Source: Eledone cirrhosa (Eukaryota). Taken from it: 64,000 nucleotides of DNA. Position 1 is the first letter of the stretch; each line of letters opens with the position of its first letter. The position numbers were made by a program, and so were the translations under genes. This document shows, one piece after another, positions 26,804 through 40,300 of this stretch. The notes beneath the pieces were generated by a model. The model worked only from the letters and a program-made list of their open reading frames with translations, was not told the DNA's origin and ran no database searches. The stretch is taken from contig OZ024742.1 in the NCBI GenBank assembly GCA_964016885.1, positions 317,316,001 through 317,380,000 of the forward strand, given 5' to 3'.

Positions 26804-29800
26804 TGCATTTATCTTGCTTTATGTTTATACGAGTTATCACCAAGTCACAACCAGTGACCTCAAGAGACAACAAGGTCCGCCATGTTCAAGAAAGAACATA
26901 CATATTCACACATGCATCCTTAGTGTTTAGACTTGTGATGTACTTATATTGACAGGATCTTCCTTAGTATATGGGCAGTTCCCATTAGTACTATCTTTTG
27001 TATTTCTCCTATACGCGGGTTTCCTGGGATTTGCGATAAGTAGTCGTTAGACCCCTTAGGTATCATTCCCAGAGCGCCTACAACCACTGGTATTGTTTTA
27101 GTTCTCAATTTCCACATTTTTCCAATTTCTATCTCCAGGTCCTTATACTTGCTCAATTTTTCAAATGTTTTTATAGATACATTCTTGTCTATTGGAACAG
27201 ACATATCAATTAGCAGGCATACCCTCTTTTTAAAGTCCTTCAATATTATATCAGGTCTATTTGCATCTATTTTTCGGTCTGTTTGGATGCTAAAGTTCCA
27301 CAAGATTGAGATGTGATCTTTTTCAAGTATGGGAGGTGGTTGATGCTCCCACCAATTCTTTTGATGGAGCAGGTCAAAATGCTTACACATTATCCAATGT
27401 ATGTATTGTGCAGCTCTGTCATGCCTGTTTAGGTATTCGGTTGGAGCTATAGGACTGCACATTGAAATTATATGATCAATGGTCTCTGGTTGCTTTTTAC
27501 ATACACGGCATAATGGGCTGCATCCATTTTTTATTATGTTGGCTTGGTAATTTTTTGTTGGCAGACACTGATCTTGTGCTGATATAATCAGTCCTTCAGT
27601 CTCCGATTTCAGTCCAGAGGATGCCAACCACTGATGGGTTAAAGTTTTGTCAACATCAGGATTGTTAGCTCTTTCTGGGTATTTTCCATACAGAGGCTTT
27701 TCTTGCCATTTCTTAGCCAGTTTCTGTAGCAGTTCTTTCTTTGCAGTTAATTTTACCTGCTTTGCTTTTTCTGTGTTTTCCATTTCAGCAGTAAATGGGA
27801 CTTCTGAAATGTGTAGTCCATTACTGTATCTTTGTGCATCTTTTGTAATGGAATATGATCTTTTGGTGCTTTCGTGTTTCAAAACGAGTTTGATCATCCA
27901 ATCATGTGATTCCCTTAGATATGTGGATAATCCAATTGTTGCAGTTTTCAACGCAATGTCTAACTGGATTAACCCACGTCCTCCTTCTTTCCTAGGGAGA
28001 TATATTCTATCTATGTCTGCCTTAGGGTGATGCATTCTGTGCATGGTTAAGAATTTTCGGATTTTTGTATCGAGCCTACGGATCTCTGTGCTTGACCAGT
28101 TGATGACATTGTAACTGTAGGTTACTACTGGTATGGCAAGCGTGTTTATGGCATCGATCCTATTCCTTGCATTCAATTCCGTTCTTAAGATTGCTCTGAC
28201 TCTGCGGTAACATTCCTTCCTTATCCTTTCCCTCATTGTCGAGTGCTTGATTCCGTCTCCTTCACAAACACCTAGATATTTGTAAGTTTGTTCTTGATCA
28301 AGCTCTCTTATCACGTTCCCCCGATCAAGATTAATGTCTGAACTCTTCAGCAGCTTTCCTCTGGTGAACGTTGCTTTGGCGCATTTATCCAGTCCAAACT
28401 CCATTTTAATGTCATCACTGAACTGCTTCACAGTGGATAATAGCCCTTGCAATTGTTCATCATTTTTTGCAAATAGTTTCAGGTCATCCATGTAGAACAG
28501 GTGATTAATGGTTTTGTCATAGACTCTATATCCATGTTTTGTTTCATTGAGCATTTTACTTAATGGTATAAGTGCGATGCAGAATAAAAGCGGTGATAAA
28601 GAGTCACCCTGAAAAATTCCACAATTAATGTTAACTTCTCCAGCTTCCAGTGATTTTGTTTCACTATTCAAAAGGAGTGTCGTTCTCCATGTCCTCATAC
28701 TGAATGACAAAAACCTCCTGACAACGGGGGATATTTTGAAAATCTCTAAACATTTTTCAATGCGTGTGGCAAACTATCAAATGCTTTTTTATAATCTATC
28801 CAAGCAATCGATAGATTTTTGTGTCTATTATGACAATCTTCCAGTATCATTTTGTTAACCAGAAGCTGATCCTTACAGCCATATGAGCCTCGTTTACACC
28901 CTTTCTGCTCAATGGGAAATAGGTCATTTGTTATCAGGTGGTCATATGTGTATTCAGTTAGGACTGATGTTAAAATTTTATACATTGTGGTCAAGCAGGT
29001 TATCGGTCTGTAATTTGTGGGATTGTTTGTCTCATCATTCTTCGGTAGCAGGAATGTAATGCCGTTAACTAGCCATGATGGTATCTTTTCTGGCTCCTTA
29101 ACTATTTCATTGTAAAGTTGGGCTAACAGCTCATGAGACTCTGTGAAGGCATTTATCCAAAAGTTTTGTATTTTGTCTTTTCCTGGGGATTTCCATTTGC
29201 TGGCTTTTCTTAGAGCCAAGCGCAGCTTTTCAACTGTTATATTTTCCCATGTTTGTTCCTCAAGGTGAGCTGACTCTTTCATTTGTCTGTCTATCCATGG
29301 GGCATGTATGTTATGAACTTTTTCTTCGGCCCAGATCTTTTCCCAGAATTCTTGCACTTCCTCCTTGGGTGGTATTGATTTAGCAGTTATTGTTGACTTA
29401 CCAATTTTTCTGTAGAAGTTTCTTTGGTTGTTTTTGAACATATTATTGTCCTTATAGAATCTAGATCGTTTTTCAAAGCGCCTTATACGAGTAGCTTTGG
29501 CCGACACTTTTTGCTTGATTGTTTCTATCATCATGTCTATGTCACATGTTGATCTTATACTGTACTTTTTTTTTCAATTTTCTAAGTTTAGTTTGTTTAA
29601 CATGTTCACCTACTTTATAGTTTGTTAAAATTTCTATATCAGATCGGAGAAGGTTTATTTGGCGATTGATGTTATCTTGCCAAGTAGATTTCTTGTGGGA
29701 ATTCCTTTGTTTTTTTATCTTCACTCCACATAAGTGAGTGGTGAGTTTAGCCGATGCATAATAGAGATGATTTAAGTCAGTAATGTTTAGTTTGTTTGTG

Positions 29801-30521
29801 ATGATAATGTTTTTGAGAATTATGTTAGTCTTGTGTATTATCTTTTGGTTCTGTTTGGAGTTCTGGATCTTAGGGTGGGTGTCTCGTTCCCCCATGTCAG
29901 ATTCTTTCATTTTCATCCATTCGATCATAATTTCATCCTTCAAGTTGGCAAGTTCATTCTCATTCATTTCTTTATCATTTACGATCTCATTGTTTTCATT
30001 TTCAGTTTCATCATGAGCATGCACTCCCTCCACTTTTTCGCTCCTTTCTTTAATTTGTTCTGTTGCCAGTGATTCCGCCCTAACTCTGGGATTCGAAGTG
30101 TTACAGTTTACCTCGTTTTCACTGACACATGCTTCATTTTCCCTTCGCTGACTTTGTGCTACTAGCTTGATCTGATCAATTTCTATATCAGTTAGTAACT
30201 TTTTTCTTACAATATTTCTTCGTATATTGGCTAGTTTGTTACTGTCAATATAGCCTCTGTTTTCGGGATGTTTCTTTTTCCAGTTGATATATGTTTGTTC
30301 TGTATTCGATGTATTTGATGGGTAGTACATGGCAGTGTAGAAAGCCTCAAGGACTTCTTTATTATCTTCCCTTGACCATTTTTCTCTCTTTTTCTTTGGA
30401 TTTCTTGGTGGTGAGCATGGAGGGCCAACAGTAGGAGTATTCCGGTTATGGGAGGTCTCCAGCTCCGAAGTGATGGGAAGGTTTGAACCATTAGCTGATT
30501 TTTCGACCCCAGTCTGGTTCC
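26804..30521 (-). mobile_element. R4/Dong-like family B, near full-length copy B2 (frameshifted, 5'UTR missing)
   Basis: ORFs 29542..30330, 28746..29534 and 26944..28710 carry WKSPGKD, YRPITCL, GIFQGDSLS, YMDD, CCHC and RLE motifs; flanked by (TTA)n. Confidence 0.93.
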
Positions 30522-30526
30522 TTATT

Positions 30527-30567
<41 letters not shown>

Positions 30568-30570
30568 AGT

Positions 30571-31285
30571 TGCATTTATCTTGCTTTATGTTCATACGAG
30601 TTATCACCAAGTCACAACCAGTGACCTCAAGAGACAACAAGGTCCGCCATGTTCAAGAAAGAACATACATACTCACACATGCATCTTTAGTGTTTAGACT
30701 TGTGATGTACTTATATTGACAGAATCTTCCTTAGTATATAGGCAGTTCCCATTAGTACTATCTTTTGTATTTCTCCTATACGCGGGTTTCCTGGGATTTG
30801 CGATAAGTAATCATTAGACCCCTTAGGTATCATTCCTAGAGCGCCTACAACCACTGGTATTGTTTTAGTTCTCAATTTCCACATTTTTCCAATTTCTATC
30901 TCCAGGTCCTTATACTTACTCAATTTTTCAAATGTTTTTATAGATACATTCTTGTCTATTGGAACGGACATATCAATTAGCAGGCATACCCTCTTTTTAA
31001 AGTCCTTTAATATTATATCAGGTCTATTTGCATCTATTTTTCGGTCTGTTTGGATGCTAAAGTTCCACAAGATTGAGATGTGATCTTTTTCAAGTATGGG
31101 AGGTGGTTGATGCTCCCACCAATTCTTTTGATGGGGCAGGTCAAAATGCTTACACATTATCCAATGTATGTATTGTGCAGCTCTGTCATGCCTGTTTAGG
31201 TATTCGGTTGGAGCTATAGGACTGCACATTGAAATTATATGGTCAATGGTCTCTGGTTGCTTTTTACATACACGGCATAATCGGC

Positions 31286-31286
<1 letters not shown>
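30571..31286 (-). mobile_element. Family B, 5'-truncated copy B3
   Basis: ORF 30711..31229 is near-identical to the C-terminus of B1 and B2; same 3'UTR; (TTA)n on both sides. Confidence 0.92.
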
Positions 31287-31340
<54 letters not shown>

Positions 31341-33279
31341 GTATGCTATGGTTGACGGAGGTTCGGCTCTGTAAGGTATCGTAAATTTTGAACGCTATAA
31401 CAATTGTAAATTGTTTAAAACTGTAACCAACTTGTAGACAAAAACACCCTCCTCCTCGTGAGAGGGGTCTTTCTGCCCCTTATTTGGCCCTTTGGGGTTA
31501 AATAACTGCTTATTGGGGTTTTGTAACCAATATTTATTTTAAACAAAAAAAAAAAAAACATGGCTACGAAAAAGAAATTTCATAGGTCACTCCCACTCAT
31601 TCCGTCTTCTTCTTCCTCAATCATCACTACAGCAGAGAGAAGATTGTCTCTCTCCCGCCCTTCTTTAAATGTCTCTCTCTCTCTCCCTTCTCTTTCGCAA
31701 GCGACGAAAGAAAAGAAAAGTCTCGTGCAAAGCGTGCAAGGTTTCTCCACGACGAGGACGACAGCGACGAAACAGGTGTGCGGGAAATACGAAAACCCAG
31801 TTCATTCGTCTGACCTCAGGAATAATAGCAGCAGCCGTAATAACAACAGCAACAGTGACAATGAAAACAACAGTAGCAGCCGCAACAGCATCACCAGCAG
31901 CATAAACAACAACAGCATTAGCAGCAGCAACACCAACAACAACCACAGCAACAGCGGCGGAGGCAGTAGTCGTAGTACCTGCAGCAACAACAAAAGTAAC
32001 AGCAGCTCTGACGACAACAACAACAACAGCAGCAAAGAAAAATCAATCTCATTTGCAGGTATTGCGAAAGACTTGGAAACAATCCTCATAACAAATGAGG
32101 AATTAGAGGAAGCGAAGAAGATGGTGACAAAGAATGGACACCGGGCAATCTGCAAGGCAGCGGAAACATTTTTCGAAACCCAACAGCACTGTACGGTCAC
32201 GTACCGTACAGTAAGTACAAAATCCCGTAGGGTGGAAAGAGCCACAGAGGCGCAAATACAAAAAGCCTTGGGGTCTGTGTGGCAGCGGAAAACGCACATC
32301 ACCCGAGGCAAAAAATATGCCACCGTAGACGTACTTTTTGCCACACCCCAGGAGGCAAAAGCCCAATCCGTAGTGACCCTAAGGAGCGAGAAATGGTGTT
32401 GGTGACCTCCTACTGCGGGCAAAAAAAAAAAAAAAAATTGTGAGGGTCAAACTGACCCACGTCCCCCCCCCCCCCGGAATGGCCCCTTCTTGGCTGGCTG
32501 CGTCTGTCCTCGTCGGAATCGAGGACAAAACAACTGTACTGCAAGTACAGAAAAAAGTAAGAGAAGATTGGGTTGGCACCTCCATTGAGATGCTAATCCA
32601 AACCAACCAGGAGTGCATCGAAGCTATCCCGGATGTGATAGACTTCGATAACGGCACTCAACTGCCCATAAGTGTTGAGGGAACACGCCCGAAATGCTTT
32701 CGCTGTGGATCGAAGACTCACCTCAGGGCCTTCTGCAACGAGAAGATCCTGAGAAAGGGAGAAAACCCCCCTCCTTCCGAAACCGGCTCCACGGCTACCA
32801 GCAACAGGACAAGCGGCAACCAGGAACGATAGGTCCGTGGCACCCATACCCACGCCACAGAAATCAAAAACAGCAGCAGCAGTGGAAATATTAACAACAA
32901 CAACAGCAATACCAAATGCAGCTGTAACAGAGACTCCAGTGCAAACATCACCAACAACAAGTGAAAGAGTGGAGCTGGTACCCCTCCCCGACCTCACAGA
33001 ATCAGACATGGAGTGTGAGGTGGGAGAGGGATGGCAAAAGGTCGTAAGAAGGCACAAACGCAGAAGCAGCGCATCGTCGCCTTTGAAAAGGGAGGAAAGA
33101 AATGAGAAAAGGGTAAAGTCTACTGCAAAGAGACCCACAGCAGCAACACCACCAACACCATCACCACCCACACTAGCACCACGATCACCACCGGCGACAA
33201 CCCCACCGCCAACAACACCTTCAACACCACCACCACAAGCACCAACATCGCAAACACAACAACAAAACACACACACACC
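31341..33279 (+). mobile_element. Tx1-like element copy 2 (diverged subfamily), 5'UTR and ORF1 only, 3' half deleted
   Basis: ORF1 pieces share KSRRVERA-E-QIQKALG-VW-RKTHI with copy 1 and carry a CFRCGSKTHLRAFC knuckle; begins directly after (TTA)n. Confidence 0.88.
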
Positions 33280-35284
33280 CAGTTCCTCCAGTTCCAGCTC
33301 GCTTATCCACCCATTAGTTCTTATTACCCGAGCCTGCCCGGCCAATTTTTGTTCATCTAATTTAAATAGACCAATCTCGTTCCAGATGTTATGCATCCGT
33401 CTCCTATAGCCCCTCTCCTTGGGGTTACTTTTCAGGTAACATTGCATAACAGTTCTATTCAATTGTTTCGTCCAGTTGGTTCTGGTCCCTTTCCTTCTTC
33501 TTCTTCCTCCGACACCAGCAGTATTTGGTTGACAGCCAGGCCCCTGCTGCTGAGCCAGGGAGCACCTGTTGGGTGAGAGTCTGTCACATGACGTTCTAGT
33601 CTCCATTTCACCGTTATTCGAACTGTTTAGGTTCGACATTTAAACACTCTTATCGAGGATTGGCGAATGTATGGTTACATAACCACCTGTGGATTCACCG
33701 TCTCCTGTGGTTGCGTCGCTCCACGTGGCTCTTGTGTGGCATTATCACGCTGTAGACGAACACAAATAAAGAAACAAACAGGCAGAAAAAACCCCAAAAA
33801 TGAATAATCATAAGTTTCATTATAATGTAGTGTTCGAATGTCTGACTTAGTTTTTCCCTTCCCTTCTCTGTCCGTCCGTTTGTTTCTCTCTTCATTCTTA
33901 TTTTCTTTACGTTTTTTTTTTTTTTGTCTGCTTTTTTTTTGTTATTGTTGCTGTGCTGCTTTGATTTTGATTTTTGTTTTTCCTTTTGAGTCTATCTATA
34001 TATTTTGAAGCCTTCCTCTTTTTTAGTAGGAATTCTACAATGTGGTGGCGTTGCTGTGCTATCAGCAGGAGGTAATGGGAGAGAATAGCGGCGGTAGCGA
34101 TACTGAGGCAGTGGTGGTGGTGATGTGATCATATTACTGTAGTGATGGTGTTGTAGTTGGGGTATAAATTTGAGTCGATTTGACCAGAGTTTCATCGTGG
34201 TAGTGGTGGTGTTACTGGTGGTGAAATAGTAATCTGTAGTCTTTTAGTAGTGGTGGTGATGTGATCGTATTACTGTAGTGATGGTGTTGTAGTTGGGGTA
34301 TAAATTTGAGTCGATTTGACCAGAGTTTTCATCGTGGTAGTGGTGGTGTTATTGGTGGTGAAATAATAATAATCTGTAGTCGTTTAGTAGTGGTGGTGAT
34401 GTGGTCGTATTACTGTAGTGATGGTGTTGTAGTTGGGGTATAAGTTTGAGTCGATTCGACCAGAGTTTTCATCGTGGCAGTGGTGGTGGTATTGGTGGTG
34501 AAATAATAATCTGTAGTCGTTTAGTCATTTTGCCATTTTCGACTCCAACATTCCTGATCCAAAATTAAATATTAATCTTGTTTATCAATATTGTCTAGTG
34601 ATATCGCCGTCCTCCTCTTTCGTAAGTTAACAGAAGGTAGTGAGGGGTAGAGGTGGTTGCAATGAAGGAGTGGTGGCGGCGGTGATGGGATAGTGGTAGT
34701 AATGATGGATGGGCGGCGGCGGTGGTGACTGTAGTGATGGCGTTGTCGTTACTGATGTCCGTTCGGTGAATCTATGGGGCTAGTCGCGTACATGTGTTGA
34801 CATAAATTCCCTTAATGTTGGAATTAAACATTTTGTTAAAACTTGGGACAATAATAATAGTAATTATTATTATCATTATTATGTTGAGATTGGTTGTGGT
34901 GGTGGTGAAATTGCCGTTATCTGGCTGTTGTGTTTAGTGTACACAAAGGGGTGATGGGGTAGGTGGTGTATCTAGTTTCTGGTGTTGGTGAAATTGCTGT
35001 TGTTTGGCTGTTCTATATAGTGTAGACAGAGGTGGGGGGGGGTTCTTCTTCTTCCATTTATAGCCATTTTCTTTTTTGAATATACAATGTACAATACAAA
35101 GTTGGATATTTGAGCCTTATAACAATATATTTTGGGTCCGAATTTTTTGGGGGCTCAAGCCGGATGCTTTACGTAACATGTGTACTAAGAATTGTTATTT
35201 CACAAATGATTTGAATATGTTAAAAAATCAAAACTTACGGGAGCGATTTCTCGACCTTCTATCCACCATGTGTGTCTTCTTCCC
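33280..35284 (-). mobile_element. Family A copy A2: long 5'UTR plus the first ~120 codons, 3' part deleted
   Basis: MSNLNSSNNGEMETRTSCDRLSP...ELELEEL starts at 33639; the 5' leader shares CACATGGTGGATA...AATCGCTCCCGTAAGTTTT with A1; (TTA)n at its 5' end. Confidence 0.88.
34113..34525. repeat. Three tandem ~136-140-bp repeats inside the A2 5'UTR
   Basis: GTAGTTGGGGTATAA recurs at ~34153, 34289 and 34429. Confidence 0.85.
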
Positions 35285-35328
<44 letters not shown>

Positions 35329-35340
35329 GTTATTGTTATT

Positions 35341-36822
35341 CCTTGAATCTCAGTCATTGATGTTGGTTAACTGGAAAGTCCGTTGGATTGAATATCAAGT
35401 CACTACCTGCAGCCTCAGATATTCAGGACGTATCGGAGGGTTCTTGCTGTTCCAAGCAAGCATGCCTTTTGAAGCGTTCCAAAAAGCGTGAAGGGGCCGA
35501 TTTTCTTTAACCATCCCTGGAAACCTTTGGAGATAGTCCCCAGTGCGCCTATGACAATCGGGATCACTTTGACTTCATGGCAGTTCCAAATTCTTTTCAC
35601 CTCCCACTTTAGGTCCTGGTATCGGTTAATTTTCTCCCTCTCCTTTTCTTGCACTCTCGTGTCGAACGGGCAGGCCACATCCACAATCAGGCACGATCTT
35701 TTTTCTTTGTCCACAATCACCAGGTCAGGTCTATTGTGTTCCAGTTTTTTGTCCGTCTGTATCCTAAAATCCCACAGCACCTTCACCTGACTGTTCTCCA
35801 TCACCGCCTCTGGCCTATGCTCATACCATTTCTCAGAATGTGGTAGATTGTTTACTTTGCACAGGTGCCAGTGGATCACCCTGCCCATCACATCGTGTCT
35901 CCAGCCCTTATAGTGGGTCTGGGCTAGGTGTTTACACTCGGACACAATGTGAGCCACAGTCTCCTCTCTCTCTCCACAGATCCTGCACAGTGGGCTAGCC
36001 TCCTCCTTGTAGATATGGTGCTTCAACCACTTCGTTTTGAGGGCCTGCTCCTGCGCAGCCATTAGCATTCCTTCTGTAGCCTTTTTGAGGTCTCCTCTTC
36101 TCAACCAGTTCCATGTCTGTGGATCTCTAAATTCAGTTTTCTCAAAGAAGGTACTATGAAGGGATTTTCCCTTAAGGCTGCTCTTCCTCCTTGATGTTAT
36201 TTCCTCCTTGGACATCCCCTGGCCTACTGTCCCCTCCTTCAGTACAGTTCTGAGCATTGGCTCCTTACTATAGGTCACGTATTTGTATAGGTTGTTTTTC
36301 TCCATCTGAACACAGTCCTCTATGCTGATAAGACCTCTTCCACCCTCAGATCTCCTTAGGTAGAGTCTATCGACATCACTCCTCTTGTGGAACATGTTGT
36401 AGATAGTCAATAGTTTCCTAGTCTTCCTATCCATTTCTTTTTGTTCAGCAACATTCCATCTCAGAATTCCCGCACTGTACCTAATAATAGACACAGCTCG
36501 GGAATTTACTGCACTTATGGCATTTCTGCTGTTCAGATGTGACTTCAATACGCTCCTTACTCTCCGAATGTATTCAGTTCTTAACAATTCCTTCATTTTT
36601 TTGTTCTTTATGCCATCAGCCTCCAGAACGCCCAAATACTTGTATCCTTCTTCAGAGTCAATTTCCTTTATCATCTCACCTGTTGGTATCTGGATCCCGT
36701 TACTTCTGCTCAACCTACCCCTCTTCATCACAATGACTCCACATTTACCAATACCAAACTGCATACATATATCACTGCTGAAGATACGGACAGTGTCAAC
36801 AAGCACATCCAACTCCTTCTCA
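35341..36822 (-). mobile_element. Family A, 5'-truncated copy A3 (uninterrupted 3' ORF)
   Basis: ORF 35415..~36822 covers the RT C-terminus, CCHC and RLE; (TTA)n on both sides. Confidence 0.93.
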
Positions 36823-36861
<39 letters not shown>

Positions 36862-36867
36862 GTTATT

Positions 36868-37384
36868 ACTCTTTGAGTCTCAGTCATTGATATTAGTTAA
36901 CTGGAAAGTTTGTTGAGATGAATATCAAGCCACTACCTGCAGCCTCAGATATTCAGGACGTATCGGAGGGTTCTTGCTGTTCCCAGCAAGCATGCCTTTT
37001 GAAGCGTTCCAAAAAGCGTGAAAGGGCCAATTTTCTTTAACCATCCCTGGAAACTTTTTGAGATAGTCCCTAGTGCGCCTATGACAATCGGGACCACTTT
37101 GACTTCATGGCAGTTCCAAATCCTTTTTACCTCCCACTTTAAGTCCTGGTATCGGTTAATTTTCTCCCTCTCCTTCTCTTGCACCCTCGTGTCGAATGGG
37201 CAGGCCACATCTACAATCAGGCACGATCTTTTTTCTTTGTCCAAAACCACCAGGTCAGGTCTATTGTGTTCCAGTTTCTTGTCTGTCTGTATCCTAAAAT
37301 CCCACAGCACCTTCACCTGATCGTTTTCTATCACCGCCTCTGGCTTATGCTCATACCACTTCTCAGAATGTGGTAAATTGTTTA
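36868..37384 (-). mobile_element. Family A, 5'-truncated copy A4, fused directly to the RTE
   Basis: RLE domain and 3'UTR; the 5' junction GGTAAATTGTTTA/TTTAGCCCAGCC shares TTTA with the RTE. Confidence 0.9.
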
Positions 37385-40300
37385 GCCCAGCCAATGATCT
37401 AAAATGTCTTGCACAGAGTTGGCAACCAAAACATTCACTGGGAATAGCCGGCTGTGGTTGGAGTTCATGTACTTTTGCATGTCGTTTGAGCCCTCCTGCT
37501 GATTTACATTCTCTACCATATGCTTGGCAAGCATGATGAGTAGCATCTCCAACAGCAGCCTAGTAGTCAACCACTGGTCTTACTTTATGACTGCGAAGAT
37601 GACTTTCGAGTCCAGCTTTGCTTAGATAGAGTCTCGCACAGACGCTGCATGTCAGCACCATAGGAGGACCTTCGCCGTCTGTAAATGCAACAGCAATGCC
37701 CTCCCTCATATCCCGTTTTACTTTCTCGTATGCGATTCGAGACGCCTCAAAGGCAACTTTTCCCTCATATACAGACGTTCTCCATTTATTACGATCAGCA
37801 GCAACATTTTCCCATGTATCAGCAGAGAAATTAGCGTCTTTCAAAGAGGCTTTCAAGGAATCCTTATACTTCTCTTTTGGTTTATGTGGAGTTCGTTTTC
37901 CTTTAACTAGCTCTCCATAATGAGTTGTTTTGGTATTCTAGAATTCTTAATCCTGGCAAGGTGACCACTCCTGGCAGGTGAGTCTTTGCTTAAGCACAAG
38001 AACTTCTATACTGTCACACAGAGAGCTTTCTAAAATCTCGACATCACTGATGTGGTCCCTCCAGTGAACACTATGGATCCGTCTGCGACACATCTGATGG
38101 ATACGCTCCAATTGCTTAAGGTGGTGTCGATATGTGACCCAGGTCTCGCAGGCATTAAGAAGAGAAGAGAGCATACATGCCTTGTACACCTTTACCTTTG
38201 TCTTCTTGCATATGTCTCGCCGACCCTTGAGTCGCCTTTCTAGCTTTCCGAAAGCATCACTTGCTTTCCTACTCCTGGATGGGATTTCAGTATCAAGGTT
38301 GCTATATCGATTGACAGTGCTTCCCAGGTAGACAAACTGATCAACCACTCCAAGTCGTTTACCATACACATAGATATTTGGTTCACTGTACTGCTTACCA
38401 GGGGCAGGTTTGGTACATGACGACGGTTTTCTTGAGACTGACAGTTAATCGTAGGACAGTGCAAGCATCAGAAAATGCATTCAAATGTGCTGCATATCAC
38501 TCTGTGTGCGCTACAAGATCGCAATCATCTGCATACATGAGGTCTCTTATGATTGATGTAAATACTTTTGTTTTTGCAGCAAAGCGCCTGATGTCAAATA
38601 TGCTGCTTGAGGTTCGATATCGGATGTAAACACCATGCTCACAATTCCTGAATGCAATATAGAAAACCATTGCAAAGTATATGGCAAACAGGTTCGGTGC
38701 TGGAATACCCCCCTGTTTCACTCCATCTTTTACTGAGATTGGCTCCGACATGTTACCTGCGACATTAACCCAAGCCTTCATGTCGTCATGGAAAGACCTA
38801 ACTAAAGCAAGGAACTTATCAGGGCAACCAAATTTCTGGAGAACCTTCCATAATGCATTTCTGTTAACAGTATCGAAAGCTTTTGTCAGATCGACAAAAA
38901 CCTGATACAGATCCAAACCTTGTTCCATGCACTTCTCCTGGAGCTGTCTAGCTGAGAAGATCATATCAGTAGTGCTGCGTCCAACACGAAAACCAGATTG
39001 ACTTTCAGGAAGAACACAATCTGCAATGTGTGTCAGCAGACGGTCCAGAAGAACCCTACATAAAACTTTCCCTACGACAGAAAGCAATGATATACCTCTG
39101 TAGTTCCCACAACCATTCCTGTTACTCTTTCCCTTGTACAAGACCACCATTACTGAATCTCTCCAGTCCTCAGGTACGGATTCATTAACCCATATCCTGC
39201 CAAACAAAGAGTGAAGATATTGCAGAAATCTCTCACCGTCATATTGTAGGAGCTCTGCATGTATGCCATCCATACCTGGAGACTTTCCACTGTTCAGCTT
39301 CTGCGAGAGCTACTTTCACAGAACTTTCTGGAATGAGATTGAGGAAATCTTCATTGATGATAGACGGCTGATTCAAAAGTTCATGAATCTCGCCACCTTC
39401 GTAGAGTTCCTTGTGAGTCACGAATAAGTTCTTTGCCATCCTTGCTGCGAAGCGGTGTCACCAGAGAAGTAGACGGACCATAAACTTCACGCAAGAGACT
39501 GTACAACAGCTTTGTCTTATTGGAATCTGACGCAGTTTGTATCTCATCAGCCTTCTCACTCCACCACTGATCCTTCATCTGAGAAAGACTCCACCTAACA
39601 CGTGATATCACATCCTTGAGTTCCTTATGCAACATATTCTTCTCCTGTGGTTTTGCCGTCAAGTAGCGTGACAGAGCACGCCTCTTATCAGCCAACAAGT
39701 CTTCTATATGTTCATCATTCTCATTAAACCAGTCTTATGTTTTCTCTGCACCAATCCCAGAACACACCTGCCTACATTGTAAACCGACTTTTTAAGGGTC
39801 GGCCAATCCTCACCAAGACCTGCAACCTACATCTTTTCTCGCAATGTCCTCTTCACAATTTTATCCCGAAGATGAGCAGTATTCCATCTTCTGGGCAGGG
39901 TAACACCGGGAGCCCGGATTTTACGTTTAGTGATTAGTTTCCCTTTTGCGCGTACCAGGCAGTACTCAGCTCCACGAAGATAACAAACACACTGCACATC
40001 CCGTCTGTCACGCATCCTTAACAAGGGCGTAGTCCAAAAGATGCCATTCCTTAGATGCAGGATGCATCCATGTACTCTTAAATTTGTTCTTTTGTTGGAA
40101 CATGGTGTTGGTAACACACAGATCCAGCTCCTCACACATCTGCAGCAGGAGCATACCATTGTTGTTACGCTTTCCCACCCCATGCCTTCCGATTACATTC
40201 CATGTGTTAAAATACGTACCCACTCTAGCATTAAAGTCACCAAGCACGATGACTTTGTCTGCCTGAGGGATATTTCTTAAAACCTCTTTCAAGGCATGGT

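Noticed and set aside
32593-33639. 348-aa ORF as a novel protein
   Set aside because: Chimera of the family A N-terminus and antisense Tx1 ORF1 across a deletion junction.
15651-35284. The B-Tx1-A order occurs twice, suggesting a segmental duplication or composite element
   Set aside because: The two Tx1 copies are strongly diverged, the B truncation points differ and the A leaders differ, so independent insertions are more likely.
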